Origin: Candidatus Eiseniibacteriota bacterium
GTDB lineage: Bacteria > Eisenbacteria > RBG-16-71-46 > JABDJR01
Length of the DNA stretch: 64,000 bases
Assembly: GCA_963762255.1 (NCBI GenBank)
Contig: CAVXKA010000001.1
Location: 448,001 to 512,000, forward strand
Reading direction: 5' to 3'
Positions 29,107 to 38,871 of this stretch are shown piece after piece. Positions within the stretch are counted from its first letter, which is position 1, and each line of letters opens with the position of its first letter. Below the pieces are notes generated by a model, which was given only the letters and a program-made list of their open reading frames with translations, was not told the origin of the DNA and ran no database searches. The position numbers and the translations under genes are program-made.

Positions 29107-29952
29107 ATGCCGGGTGCGCATCCTGTCGCAAGGACACGCAGTCCCCGTGCGGGCCCTCCTCCTGCTCCCCACCGGACGCCGGGCCTGAAGCACATCCTCC
29201 TGGCCCTTGTCGTTCTCCTCCTCGCGGCCATCCTCATCCCCAGGGCGGCGGGAGCCATCGTCATCCCGGCCCCGGTCAGGACGCGGGTGACTTGGTCCAC
29301 GAGCCGCGCGGACACAACCAAGGTCAAGGCGACGTTCCTCGCCGAAGCCGAGCCGACCACCGGCAAGAACGGCGACCCCAACGGCATCTACATCGCGGAC
29401 CCCGCATCGAGCGCCTACCAGTGTGTGGGGCTTGTCTCGTGGGCCGAGTCCATCCCGGACTCCGTGCCGGCCACGTTCACGCGGGCCACGTTGACGCTGT
29501 ACAGGCTCAACGCCACCGATGCTCCCGCCGTCTACGACACCCTCGAGATCGCGCCGGTGACCATCACCTGGAACGAGGCCAAGGCGACCTGGCTCAGCCG
29601 CGCGGCGGGGAAGACTTGGTCGGCGTCGGGCGGAGACGTGGACACCTCCCTTGCAGTGGTCATCCGGGCCGAGGACATCCCCAACCTCTGCAGCGGTGCG
29701 GCGGACTCCGCCGTGACCTTCGACATCACTCCGACAGTCGTGGCGTGGCGGGACCACGCGGTGGGCTCGTTCGGGGTCCGGTTGGCGTGGAAGAACGGGG
29801 TCGCACCGGCGATCCGGTTCCACGACAACGCCGCCCCTGAAGCCCTGCGACCGGTGCTCACGATCGAGACCGTCACGATCCGAAGGCCGAGAGTCATCGG
29901 TCTGATCCGGCGGGCGTTCGGGCCCACGGGAGGGTGGGTGCGCCGTGGATAG
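29107..29952 (+). CDS. Secreted DNRLRE/CBM96-like domain protein
   Basis: Signal-like stretch LLALVVLLLAAIL; ATLTLY, WNEAKATW, WSASGGD, FDIT..V..W, RPVLTI; start uncertain (ORF open from 28858). Confidence 0.7.
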   Translation: MPGAHPVARTRSPRAGPPPAPHRTPGLKHILLALVVLLLAAILIPRAAGAIVIPAPVRTRVTWSTSRADTTKVKATFLAEAEPTTGKNGDPNGIYIADPASSAYQCVGLVSWAESIPDSVPATFTRATLTLYRLNATDAPAVYDTLEIAPVTITWNEAKATWLSRAAGKTWSASGGDVDTSLAVVIRAEDIPNLCSGAADSAVTFDITPTVVAWRDHAVGSFGVRLAWKNGVAPAIRFHDNAAPEALRPVLTIETVTIRRPRVIGLIRRAFGPTGGWVRRG

Positions 29953-30018
29953 CGCACGCCAACAACGCCGAACGACCCGCGACCGCAGTCACGAGTCGTC
30001 GGCGGGGACCGGTGGCGG

Positions 30019-30471
30019 CTACTTCACCCGCGCGTCAATGAGGCGCTGGACCGCGTCCACGTCCCCGCGAGCGGCGGCGATGGCGACCTGCCGGACGAAC
30101 TTGGACGCCTTGCCCGGACCGGCGGCGGCGTGGATCGCATCGCGTTCGGCGGTCGTCAACCTCATCGCGAAGACCACCAGGTCTTCCTTCGCCTCCGTGG
30201 GCGCGACAGGCGCGGCGTCGGGCACGACCGCCAGGCCACGCGTCTTCATGTCCGGGGTCCCGGATTCGGTCGCGGCGTCGGCGTCCGTGTGCGCGGTCTC
30301 TTCCGCAGCCATCGCTGCGGCGATCGCCGCCTTCTCGTCACCCTGCGCTGCCATCCACTCGGCGACGGTGGGCTTCTGGTCAGTCGCCTCGGCGTCCGCC
30401 TTCTCGCGAGCCTTCTTCTCCCGGGCCTGCCGGGCCTTGGTCACCGTCTCGTCGATCTTCTTCTTGCTCAT
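30019..30471 (-). CDS. Small hypothetical protein with a C-terminal ribbon-helix-helix-like segment
   Basis: AGGAGG RBS before MSKKKID; LVVFAMRLTTAERDAIHAAA; divergent from the MTase. Confidence 0.6.
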   Translation of the reverse strand: MSKKKIDETVTKARQAREKKAREKADAEATDQKPTVAEWMAAQGDEKAAIAAAMAAEETAHTDADAATESGTPDMKTRGLAVVPDAAPVAPTEAKEDLVVFAMRLTTAERDAIHAAAGPGKASKFVRQVAIAAARGDVDAVQRLIDARVK

Positions 30472-30555
30472 GGTTTCTGCCTCCTGGTGTCGGCCGGGCT
30501 TCATGTCCGGCACAGCACAAGGAGTGCGCTCAAACGAGAAGGACTCCACTCAATA

Positions 30556-31759
30556 ATGCGATCCACCAGAACAACGCCCCACCACCGCAAGCTCCACCTG
30601 TGGTCCGCGCTTCCGCCGTATCTCGGCGGAAAGCGACGCCTTTGTCCGACGATCTTCCGGGAAGTGGATCGCATCCTGCCAAGGCGGCACTGGTCTGGGC
30701 TGACGTTCCTGGACGGGTTCCTCGGCGGCGGCTCGGTGTCCCTCTATGCCAAGGCGCAGGGCTTTCGCGTGGTGTCGACCGACATCGCGGCAAGGTCGCT
30801 TGCCATCGGGCAGGCACTCATCGAGAACAGCAGGGTCCGGCTCACGCGTGAGGACGTGTTGCGGCTCGCCAAGGATGACGGTGCAGCACCGGGCCGGGTC
30901 GAGACCGACTACTCACCCTCCACGTTCACGCACGTTCAAGCCCGGTTCATCGACCGAGCGTTGCGCATCGCGGATGCCACCGAGGACACGGCGAAGGCGG
31001 CGCTCATCCGACTCCTAGCTATCCGCATCGCGTTGCTCGCGCACCCGATGAGTCAGATTCGCAAGGGCACCATTCATCGGATGGAGACGGGCGAGTACGA
31101 GGCCATCACCGAGAGTTGCATCTACAGCTATGTGGATGGGCTGCGGCTGACCCGGCCCGACAAGCTCTGGCAACTGGCGCAGGCGATCAACGCAGGCGTC
31201 TTCCAGGGCGAGGGGCGCGTGATCCAAGAGAGCGTGTTCGACAGCACTCCCCACGATCAACGCTGCCGTCGCTTACTACGACCCGCCGTATCCCGGCGTA
31301 ATGAGCTATGAGAAGCAGTATCAGGTTCTCGACGAGATCCTTGAGGGCAGTGGCCGCCCGACCAGCCCGTTCACCGCGAAGGACGGGGCCGGGATGCTGG
31401 ACTCGCTCTTCGAGGCGTCCGCCCACATCCCGATCTGGGTGCTCTCCCTCGGGAACGCCGTCGTTGGCATCGAGGAGTTGGAGCAGAAGATGACCCGCCT
31501 CGGCCGGCAGACCCGCGCCATCGAGATCGCCTACCAGCATCTTCCCGCCGTCGCGACCGCGGAGAAGAAGGCGACGAACAAGGAGTTCCTGGTCGTCGGC
31601 TGGGACGAGAGCGCTGTGGAGCGCATTGCCGCTTCCAGCGCAACTGTTCTCGTGACCTCCCCAGTCCGCAAACAAGCGGCGAAGCGGCAGAAAGCGCTGC
31701 CCAAGCGCTCCCGCAGCGCTGTTACCCCCCACTCCGAAGAGGTGATGACCCGTGGCTAG
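30556..31759 (+). CDS. Dam/D12-class DNA adenine methyltransferase (1-base frameshift at ~31243, probably an assembly error)
   Basis: PYLGGKRRL and FLDGFLGGGSV in the first frame; YYDPPY in the shifted frame continuing into ORF 31301..31759. Confidence 0.8.
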
Positions 31760-32426
31760 CCCTGTCTCCGACAAGCGCCTCGGCGCGCGCATGATCCCGA
31801 TCGACGACCTCGTCGCCCACCCCCTGAACTCGAATGTGATGCCCGAGGATCTCAAGGAGAAGTTGAAGGTCCAAATCGGGCGGACGAAGCGTTACCCCTA
31901 CCTCGTGGTGCGTCCCCATCCGGACGATGCCGGCAAGTTCCAAGTGCTCGACGGCCATCACCGGGTCGCCATCCTGCGCGAACTCGGCCACACCGAGGCC
32001 CGCTGCGACGTGTGGGATGTCGACGACCGGGAGGCCAAGCTCCTGTTGGCCACCCTGAACCGTCTCCAGGGTCAGGACCAGCCGATGCGCCGGGCACAGT
32101 TGATCCACGAGTTGCTCGGTGAGATGAGCCTCGACGATCTTGCCGGACTCCTCCCCGAGACGGACAAGCAGCTCGAAGAGTTGCACGCGCTGTTGGAGTT
32201 CCCGGCCGAGGAGATCGCCGCTCTCCTCGACGCCGAAGCCGAGGAGGCCGAGAAGGTGCTCCCCCGCGTCATCTCATTCGTCGTCACCCCGGAGCAGGAG
32301 ACCGTCATCGAAGAGGCGGTCGAACTCGCCTCGGACGGCACCCCTGGCCGGGACCGCAAGGCCAAGGGTCTCGCCAACCTCGCCACCCACTTCATGGAGA
32401 ACCGCCGTGAAGAAGCCGCTTCGTAA
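31752..32426 (+). CDS. ParB/Srx N-terminal domain protein
   Basis: HPLNSNVM, LVVRPHP, FQVLDGHHR; overlaps the MTase stop. Confidence 0.85.
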   Translation: MASPVSDKRLGARMIPIDDLVAHPLNSNVMPEDLKEKLKVQIGRTKRYPYLVVRPHPDDAGKFQVLDGHHRVAILRELGHTEARCDVWDVDDREAKLLLATLNRLQGQDQPMRRAQLIHELLGEMSLDDLAGLLPETDKQLEELHALLEFPAEEIAALLDAEAEEAEKVLPRVISFVVTPEQETVIEEAVELASDGTPGRDRKAKGLANLATHFMENRREEAAS

Positions 32427-32970
32427 GGTCCGGGAGGAGGCACGCCGCCTCTACCTTGCCGGCGAAGCCTCTTCCAACGTGGAGATCGCCACCCGACTCA
32501 AGGTCAAGCCGCACACCGTGGCGCGCTGGCGGAAGGAAGAGGACTGGGATGGACTGCGGCTCAAGATCGACCGCCGGGCCGCGGAGATGTTCGTCGAGAA
32601 GATCGCCACCGACCGCGTCACCCTCAATGTCCGTCACTACCGCCTGTGGGATCTGTTGGTCACGAAGCTCATGGAGGACTTGAAAGGCCAACCGGGAACC
32701 GACATCCGGGAGTTGGACCGCATCGCCGGCATCCTGGAACGGGCACAGAAGGGACAACGCCTCGCGAAGGGTCTTACCACGACCGGCGAGTCCGAAGAGG
32801 AGATCCTGGCCAAGGCCGAGGCCCAGCAGCGTCACTTGATCGACGTGTTCATCGACAGTCCGGGACAACGTCTCGGACGAGGAGATCCGGGACCGCATCC
32901 AGCCGCTCCCTGGGCCATACCTGACGAGGCGGACGCTGGAGCTGGCGACCCCGGCGACCCGTGCCCTGAC
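32407..32970 (+). CDS. Putative terminase small subunit / HTH protein (3' end disturbed by indels near 32857-32910)
   Basis: GTG 32407; EARRLYLAG..SNVEIATRLKVKPHTVARW...DW HTH directly upstream of TerL; end coordinate approximate. Confidence 0.6.
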
Positions 32971-33016
32971 GGAGCCTCTGGCGACGTGGGCGGCGAAGAA
33001 GATCCGACTGGACGGG

Positions 33017-34489
33017 GTGCCGTTCCGGTTCGAGGGCCATGCATACCTCAAGGCGATCTACGACGACACCTCGCCGCACGTGGTGCTCTCCAAGGCGGCG
33101 CAGATCGGCGGCACGACCTGGGCCATCCTGCGTAGCTTTCATGCATGCATCCAGGGGTTGAACGTGGGGTACTACTTCCCCACCCAGACCGATGTCTACG
33201 ACTTCTCCCGGTCGCGGGTCGGACCGCTCTTGAAGGACAACCCGTTCCTCGCCGCCCGGCTCCAGGACACCGACACCGTGGGCTTGAAGCGGATCGGAGA
33301 GGCCAACCTCTACTTCCGAGGCATGAAGTCCACGGTCGGGATGAAGTCCGTCCCCTTGGACATGCTGGTCTTCGACGAGTTGGACGAGGCCACCCCGGAT
33401 GCGCGCGCGCTCGCGTGGGAGCGGATCGCGCACAGCGACTACAAGCGGGTCATTGAACTCTCGAACCCGTCGCTTCCGAATTACGGCATCGACGAGCAGT
33501 TCGAGAAGTCGGACCAGCGGCATTGGACCTTGAAGTGCCCGGCCTGCGGGGAGTGGACCTGTCTGGAGCGGGCGTTCCCGGCGAAGCTCGGTCAGGAGGT
33601 CACGGTGATCCGTCAGCGCGACGACGGCACCTACTATCGCGCCTGCCCCAAGTGCACCGCGGAGTTGGATCTCGATTTGGGTGAGTGGGTGGCGGACTAC
33701 CCGACTCGCTCCATCCACGGCTACCGCGTCTCGCAGCTGTTCTCCGTGAAGATGGACCCGGGCGAGATCTTGGACGAGTACCGGACCACCAAGTTCCCGG
33801 AACGGTTCTACAACTTGAAGATTGGCATCCCCTGGGCCGACCTCGAACGCCGCCTCGACGTGCAGACCGTGCTCGACCTCTGTCGCACCGGCGATGCCCC
33901 GTTCGGGTTCAACGTCATGGGCGTCGACACCGGCAAGGCTCTTCACGTGGTCATCCTGCGCACCAACGGGTACAGCGTGCGCCCGGCTCATCTCGTCCAC
34001 GTCCAGACCTGCCACGAGTTTGCCGAGTTGGACGCCCTCATGAAGCAGTACCGGGTGCGCGAATGCGTGATCGACGGGCTCCCCGAGACCCACGCCACCC
34101 GCGACTTCGCGCTGCGTCATCGAGGCTGGGTCTTCCTCAACTTCTTCAACGAGAGCCAGCGGGGCAGCGTCCGGTGGGATCGCCGGGAGTTGACCGTCAA
34201 CATCAACCGCACCGAAGCCCTGGACGCCTCGCGGGCCATCGTGCGGGACAAGAAGCTCACCCTCCCACCGAGGAGTCCCGAGATCGAGGAGTTCGCCCGC
34301 CACATGAGCTGCGACGCCAAGGTGTTGGACGAGGACCCCGAGACCGGAGCCAAGAAGTACCGCTACGTGCGGACCGGAGCCGACCACTACTCGCTCGCGT
34401 TCACCTATGGGCTGATGGCCCTCGACGGGATACACATGCCGGTGAGCCCGGAGCAGGCGCGAAGACTCGCGGGATTGTTCTACGGGTGA
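33017..34489 (+). CDS. Phage terminase large subunit (GpA-like)
   Basis: Walker A SKAAQIGGT, Walker B LVFDELDE, SNP, zinc ribbon CPAC/CPKC, nuclease MGVDTG..VIDGLPE..DHY; frame continues upstream (EPLATWAAKKIRLDG). Confidence 0.88.
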   Translation: MPFRFEGHAYLKAIYDDTSPHVVLSKAAQIGGTTWAILRSFHACIQGLNVGYYFPTQTDVYDFSRSRVGPLLKDNPFLAARLQDTDTVGLKRIGEANLYFRGMKSTVGMKSVPLDMLVFDELDEATPDARALAWERIAHSDYKRVIELSNPSLPNYGIDEQFEKSDQRHWTLKCPACGEWTCLERAFPAKLGQEVTVIRQRDDGTYYRACPKCTAELDLDLGEWVADYPTRSIHGYRVSQLFSVKMDPGEILDEYRTTKFPERFYNLKIGIPWADLERRLDVQTVLDLCRTGDAPFGFNVMGVDTGKALHVVILRTNGYSVRPAHLVHVQTCHEFAELDALMKQYRVRECVIDGLPETHATRDFALRHRGWVFLNFFNESQRGSVRWDRRELTVNINRTEALDASRAIVRDKKLTLPPRSPEIEEFARHMSCDAKVLDEDPETGAKKYRYVRTGADHYSLAFTYGLMALDGIHMPVSPEQARRLAGLFYG

Positions 34490-34626
34490 TGAAGAACGAT
34501 GCAGAACCTTGGAACGACGCAAGCAATCCCCCGTCCAGCCACACGGATGACGGCATCGGTGGGGGGGATTCCCTTGATGTCATGGCGACACCGAGGTAGA
34601 GATGTGGACAGGAGAGATCGGATAAC

Positions 34627-36198
34627 GTGCGATCCATCAATCAGATAGAGGCGGTGCAAGCGGGGCACACCGACGCGTTGCCGCAGGCGGTCCCGATCCG
34701 CGCTGGCGTCTACATGCGCGTCAGCACCCGCGAGCAGGCTGAGAAATGGAGCCTGTCAGCTCAACGCTCCATCCTCACCGCGCACGCCGAGCGCATGGGT
34801 TGGGCGGTGCGCGTCTATGACGAGGGTGCCGCGTCCGGTGAGACCATCCAAGACCGGCCCGAGATGCACCGCCTCCTTGACGATGTGGAAGCCGGTCGCG
34901 TTGACATCGTGCTCGTCATCGAATGGGAGCGCCTCTCGCGGGCGTCCGACCTCACCGACCAGGCCCGGATCACGAGCACCTGCCGCCGCGCCGGGGTACG
35001 GATCGCCACCCCCGAGCGGACCTACGACCTGCGGCTGGCGGAGGACGACTTCGAGAGCGACCTGCACGGCATCCTGTCGAAGAGAGAGAAGCGTAAGCTC
35101 CTGGAGCGCACGAAGCGCGGCCTCCACGAGGCCATGGATGCCGGGAAGTTCGCCGGGGGACACCCGCCCCTCGGGTACCGGTTCGACCGCCAGACCGAGA
35201 AGGTGGTGCCCAACCCCGACGAGATACCCCTGGTGCAGCGCGTGTTCGAGTCCCCACTCTCGGCATGGCGACTCTCCCGGGAACTCAGGCTCGAAGGAAT
35301 CAACCTCCACTACGAGCGGATCCGGCGCACCCGGAGCTTACCGTTCTACCTGGGTCTTCGTCCGAACTCACGGGGCGAGCTGGTCCAAGCCGATTGGCCG
35401 GCAATGATCGACCAGGAGACTTGGGATCGACAGCAAGACCGTTCCAGAAGAGTCGCCCGGCGCAGCGCACCGGGAGCGAAGCCCAAGTACCTCCTGTCCG
35501 GGATCATCCGGTGCGCCAACTGCGGCAAGGCCGTTATCGGGGCACCCATCCGGCCCTCCAAGACAACGGGGATGGCGCTCCACGTTTACAAGTGTTTGGA
35601 ACCACGGAGGTGCCCGGCCAGAGGGGGGCAGCTCACCGGGTGGCTCGTGGACCTGCTCGTCCTGGACGCGCTCAAGGCGCACGCCGGAGACCCGGAGATA
35701 TTGAAGGACCGCTACGCCCGGGCCATGGAAACGGCGGGAAGTCAGGACGCAGCCGCCGAGCGCGATGCTCTGAAGGCTCAGGTGCGCGATCTCGAAGCCC
35801 GGCAGGCCCGGCTCGTCGACGCCGTCGAACAGGCACTTCTCCCGGACCACATCATCCGCAGGCGCCAGAAGACACTCGACGCCGAGATGAAGCTGGCGCG
35901 CAGCCGCCTGGACCACTCGGTGGACGCCGCGATTATCCCTTCGTTGCCGGACCTGCGAGCGATCCTGGCTCTAGCTGAGGGCTTGGAGAAGGCGGACCGT
36001 GACGGCCAGCGCGAACTCCTGGAACGTCTCGCCACCGCCGTCGCGATCGATCCGCGCACGCGGACGTTGACCGTGGTGTGGCGGCTCGGCGGCGAGACCC
36101 GATACCGAGTTCCACTGTTCCGAGGAGGCCCCAGCCGACGCGTCGAGACCTTCATGGAGCGGGTGGCGGAGTCGCCCGGAGACTTCGTTGTCCCATGA
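34627..36198 (+). CDS. Large serine recombinase (integrase)
   Basis: YMRVSTREQ, ASG..DRP, ERLSR, PLGY, YLLSGIIRCANCG zinc ribbon, coiled coil. Confidence 0.93.
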   Translation: MRSINQIEAVQAGHTDALPQAVPIRAGVYMRVSTREQAEKWSLSAQRSILTAHAERMGWAVRVYDEGAASGETIQDRPEMHRLLDDVEAGRVDIVLVIEWERLSRASDLTDQARITSTCRRAGVRIATPERTYDLRLAEDDFESDLHGILSKREKRKLLERTKRGLHEAMDAGKFAGGHPPLGYRFDRQTEKVVPNPDEIPLVQRVFESPLSAWRLSRELRLEGINLHYERIRRTRSLPFYLGLRPNSRGELVQADWPAMIDQETWDRQQDRSRRVARRSAPGAKPKYLLSGIIRCANCGKAVIGAPIRPSKTTGMALHVYKCLEPRRCPARGGQLTGWLVDLLVLDALKAHAGDPEILKDRYARAMETAGSQDAAAERDALKAQVRDLEARQARLVDAVEQALLPDHIIRRRQKTLDAEMKLARSRLDHSVDAAIIPSLPDLRAILALAEGLEKADRDGQRELLERLATAVAIDPRTRTLTVVWRLGGETRYRVPLFRGGPSRRVETFMERVAESPGDFVVP

Positions 36199-36413
36199 CG
36201 AGAAAGCCCTTCGAGATGCCCAACCGCGCCGCACGGCTGATACCCCGACAGATGGTTTTCGTCGTCAAGTGGCGTCTTGGTGGCGAGGCCGAGATCCTCG
36301 TCCCGCAGCACCGATGCGGGCCGGAGAGAAGCATCGCGTCTGCGACCCCTCGCGAAGTCTCGGGGAGTTGGGGCTGCCGCGAACGGCGCAACCCATCGCC
36401 ACATAGAACATAA
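36195..36413 (+). CDS. Small ORF coupled to the serine recombinase, echoing its C-terminal motif
   Basis: ATGA overlap; VKWRLGGEAEILVPQHRCGP resembles the integrase's VVWRLGGETRYRVPLFRGGP. Confidence 0.4.
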   Translation: MTRKPFEMPNRAARLIPRQMVFVVKWRLGGEAEILVPQHRCGPERSIASATPREVSGSWGCRERRNPSPHRT

Positions 36414-36603
36414 AACACTATATGACAACCACTTACACACAAACACCGAGAGACGCGGAATGACTACTCACGTGTTTGGTATACGGTTCAGGTCAAGCCT
36501 TGTCGATCACCATAGAATACGGACTTGGTTCGGTGTAGATTGGCGTTAACGAGGCGCAGCTAGCCGTCTCCCAAATTGCTCGCTGGCCACAGGGGTTCAC
36601 CGT

Positions 36604-37032
36604 ATGGTTTCTGCTCATGATGTTGCCGCCTATATCCTAGAGCGACGCGGCCCCATGACCGCGATGAAGCTGCAGAAGCTGGTCTTCTATTGCCAAGCGT
36701 GGTCACTCGTTTGGGACGACGAACCGCTATTCGGCGAGAAGATAGAGGCTTGGGCAAATGGGCCAGTGGCCCGCGATCTCTACGAGGTCCACAGGGGACA
36801 ATTCAAGGTGTCGGAATGGCCATCCGGAGATCCGAATGCGCTCGACCTAACTCAGCGTGAAACAGTGGATGCTGTGCTTGGGTACTACGGCCACAAGACA
36901 TCGCAATGGTTGAGCGATCTCACGCACCGCGAACATCCGTGGCTGGATGCGCGTGCCGGCCTCCGGCAGGGAGAGCGGGGATCGAAAGAGATTACACCTG
37001 CCGCTATGGCCGAATACTACGGAAGTCTCTAG
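36604..37032 (+). CDS. Panacea (DUF4065/GepA/SocA-like) antitoxin
   Basis: MKLQKLVFY.QAW, PLF.EKIEAWANGPV..DLY, LSDLTHREHPW. Confidence 0.9.
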   Translation: MVSAHDVAAYILERRGPMTAMKLQKLVFYCQAWSLVWDDEPLFGEKIEAWANGPVARDLYEVHRGQFKVSEWPSGDPNALDLTQRETVDAVLGYYGHKTSQWLSDLTHREHPWLDARAGLRQGERGSKEITPAAMAEYYGSL

Positions 37033-37038
37033 AGGCGA

Positions 37039-37488
37039 ATGGCCAAGAACAGATCCAATCGTAAGGCCCCGAAGGCAGCGATTTTGCCCACTCCAGAGAA
37101 GTCACCCCATGCCACTGAGGGTATCGACTTCCTTGACTTGTGCCCGACATGGAAGGTCGGGACCCTCGAATTGCATGGCCAATTTGGTTGGACAGCCCTT
37201 GCCGCCCCTGCGGTGGCCGCAGTTCAATCGCGCTTGTCTGCCTTCGAAACAATGAATTGGAAGGATATTCTCTTCAAGGGAAAGAAGCAGAACCACCATG
37301 TTGGCGTCCATCGCATCTGCAATGATGCCCGGCGGCGTCTTGAGGAGCTCGGACTCTCCGACGTGGACAAGCTAGTTTCCCTGCGCGTGGGAGCGACGGA
37401 GCGCATTTGGGGGATTCTCGATCAGGGATGTCTAAAGATCTTGTGGTGGGATCCGACGCACGCCATATGCCCATCCTTGCCGAGGTAG
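37039..37488 (+). CDS. Putative cognate toxin (RelE-like mRNase) of the Panacea TA pair
   Basis: 6 bp after the antitoxin; LVSLRVGATERIWG...ILWWDPTH.ICPS. Confidence 0.65.
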   Translation: MAKNRSNRKAPKAAILPTPEKSPHATEGIDFLDLCPTWKVGTLELHGQFGWTALAAPAVAAVQSRLSAFETMNWKDILFKGKKQNHHVGVHRICNDARRRLEELGLSDVDKLVSLRVGATERIWGILDQGCLKILWWDPTHAICPSLPR

Positions 37489-37526
37489 CACCGGTTCCGC
37501 CATCCATACGCCCCCAGGATCAGGTG

Positions 37527-37575
37527 CACTAACGTCCACCGAGCACCCCCATGCACAGGCACGGCGCCGTAATCA
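37527..37575 (-). repeat. Degenerate terminal attC (R' GTTAGTG only)
   Basis: CACTAAC on + strand at 37527-37533 after the last cassette; other arm not recognisable. Confidence 0.35.
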
Positions 37576-37589
37576 CGCGTGCGAGCGCC

Positions 37590-38009
37590 TCACGATCGCA
37601 ATCCCCAGTTGTTCGCATAGGCGCTGAGCGGTGGCCTGTTCAACCTTGCCCACGACAGATCCCGGAAGTGCGCGTCCTTGCGCGCTGGCCCTGGTATGTT
37701 CGCATGTGCCTTGGCTGCGGCGTACGGCATGATCCACGACCTAATTGGCCCATCCTTGGGCTTGAAGAGGAAGACGATCCAGTCACATTCTCGCCGGTCA
37801 TCGAAGTTGAACCACTTGCTGGCCTTCCAGCCCTCGCTTTCGCTTCGCGTCTTGACACTTACCCTAATCAACCCATTACCAGTCTCGACGGCAAGATCGT
37901 AACCCTCCCAGTTGTCCGGCATTTTCGTGGCAGGTTTCCCTGCGAACGAGAACTGGCTCAACGCGTAATGCTCTCCAGCATCACCGAGCATCTTTGATGA
38001 GACCTTCAC
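37590..38009 (-). CDS. PD-(D/E)xK-like nuclease cassette
   Basis: GDAGEHY, GYDL, RVSVKT. Confidence 0.7.
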   Translation of the reverse strand: MKVSSKMLGDAGEHYALSQFSFAGKPATKMPDNWEGYDLAVETGNGLIRVSVKTRSESEGWKASKWFNFDDRRECDWIVFLFKPKDGPIRSWIMPYAAAKAHANIPGPARKDAHFRDLSWARLNRPPLSAYANNWGLRS

Positions 38010-38047
38010 TCAGAGTCACTCCCGGACAATTTCCCGTTCCCGGTCCG

Positions 38048-38141
38048 ATCCAATTGTCCACCTCACCGACGACGACCGGCTATCTTTCAAAGACGCATCC
38101 TACTCCCCGGAGCGGGCGGGGACCGCAGCGGTTCGTTAGCG
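38048..38141 (-). repeat. attC site (long family)
   Basis: Minus strand CGCTAAC gaaccgctgc...gccggtcgtcg...ATTGGAT (degenerate R'). Confidence 0.65.
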
Positions 38142-38173
38142 GGCGGCAGACAGAGATAGCGTGGCCTATGACA

Positions 38174-38749
38174 CTAGCCACTTGCCAGTGCTCGGGCCGC
38201 CAGCTGCCGGTCTATCCTTCTGGCTAGCTTGCTCATCTCCTCCCTATACGCGGCCTCAGCGGCCTCGAAATTGACTCTGTCCAAGGACAGGGATTGGACG
38301 AAGGTGGGCCGAAGGCCTTCCTCGATCTTGCGCCTATAGCGCTCAAGTCGATCAAGCACATCGTATTCGTAGCGCGATTCGGGCCGCCCCCCGAGGTCAG
38401 TGGGGTTACCGGGGATTGCGACATCGCGTACAAGTTCATCCACCCGGTGAGCGATTAGGTTTCGAAAGTCCAGCAGCCCTTGGACCTCGCTGCTCTCCTC
38501 CCGGGTGAGGACACCTTCGTCCACCAGGACGGCAAAGGCCTTCTTGATCAGTTGCGTTGCCCTTTCAGGGAGACGCTCAGATGCGTCCTCACGGGGAAAT
38601 GTCCGATCGGTCGCGCGAATCGACTCAACGACATAGCGCTTGAGGCTCTCTGCCTGGAAGAGCACCACTACCATCTCAAGGGCGCGGAACTTCAGGATGT
38701 TCTTCTCGAGTGCAGGCACCTTCACGTCAATGTTCCATTCCGTGTCCAA
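38174..38749 (-). CDS. HEPN-like domain cassette protein
   Basis: Helical; LLDFRNLIAH (R-x4-H). Confidence 0.7.
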   Translation of the reverse strand: MDTEWNIDVKVPALEKNILKFRALEMVVVLFQAESLKRYVVESIRATDRTFPREDASERLPERATQLIKKAFAVLVDEGVLTREESSEVQGLLDFRNLIAHRVDELVRDVAIPGNPTDLGGRPESRYEYDVLDRLERYRRKIEEGLRPTFVQSLSLDRVNFEAAEAAYREEMSKLARRIDRQLAARALASG

Positions 38750-38774
38750 TCCGTGGGTGATCCGATTTCGGCCA

Positions 38775-38871
38775 TGCTAACGCTCAGGCTCAGCAGCAGG
38801 CCGAGTGTCATGGTGGGTGCTCCGCGCCCGCCGTGACACGACAGGCCCTCAGCTGCAGCCGGTTGTTAGGT
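38775..38871 (-). repeat. attC site
   Basis: Minus strand ACCTAAC aaccggctgcagctgag...gctgagcctgagc GTTAGCA; the upstream ORF's TAA lies inside R''. Confidence 0.85.

Noticed and set aside
32850-33017. Natural TerS-TerL fusion
   Set aside because: The TerL frame is open back to ~32858, but several indels seem present here, so the apparent fusion cannot be trusted
18949-36511. 12-bp match TTGTCGATCACC at ~18949 and ~36500 as att direct repeats
   Set aside because: Matches of this length are expected by chance in 64 kb, and they do not sit at clear boundaries
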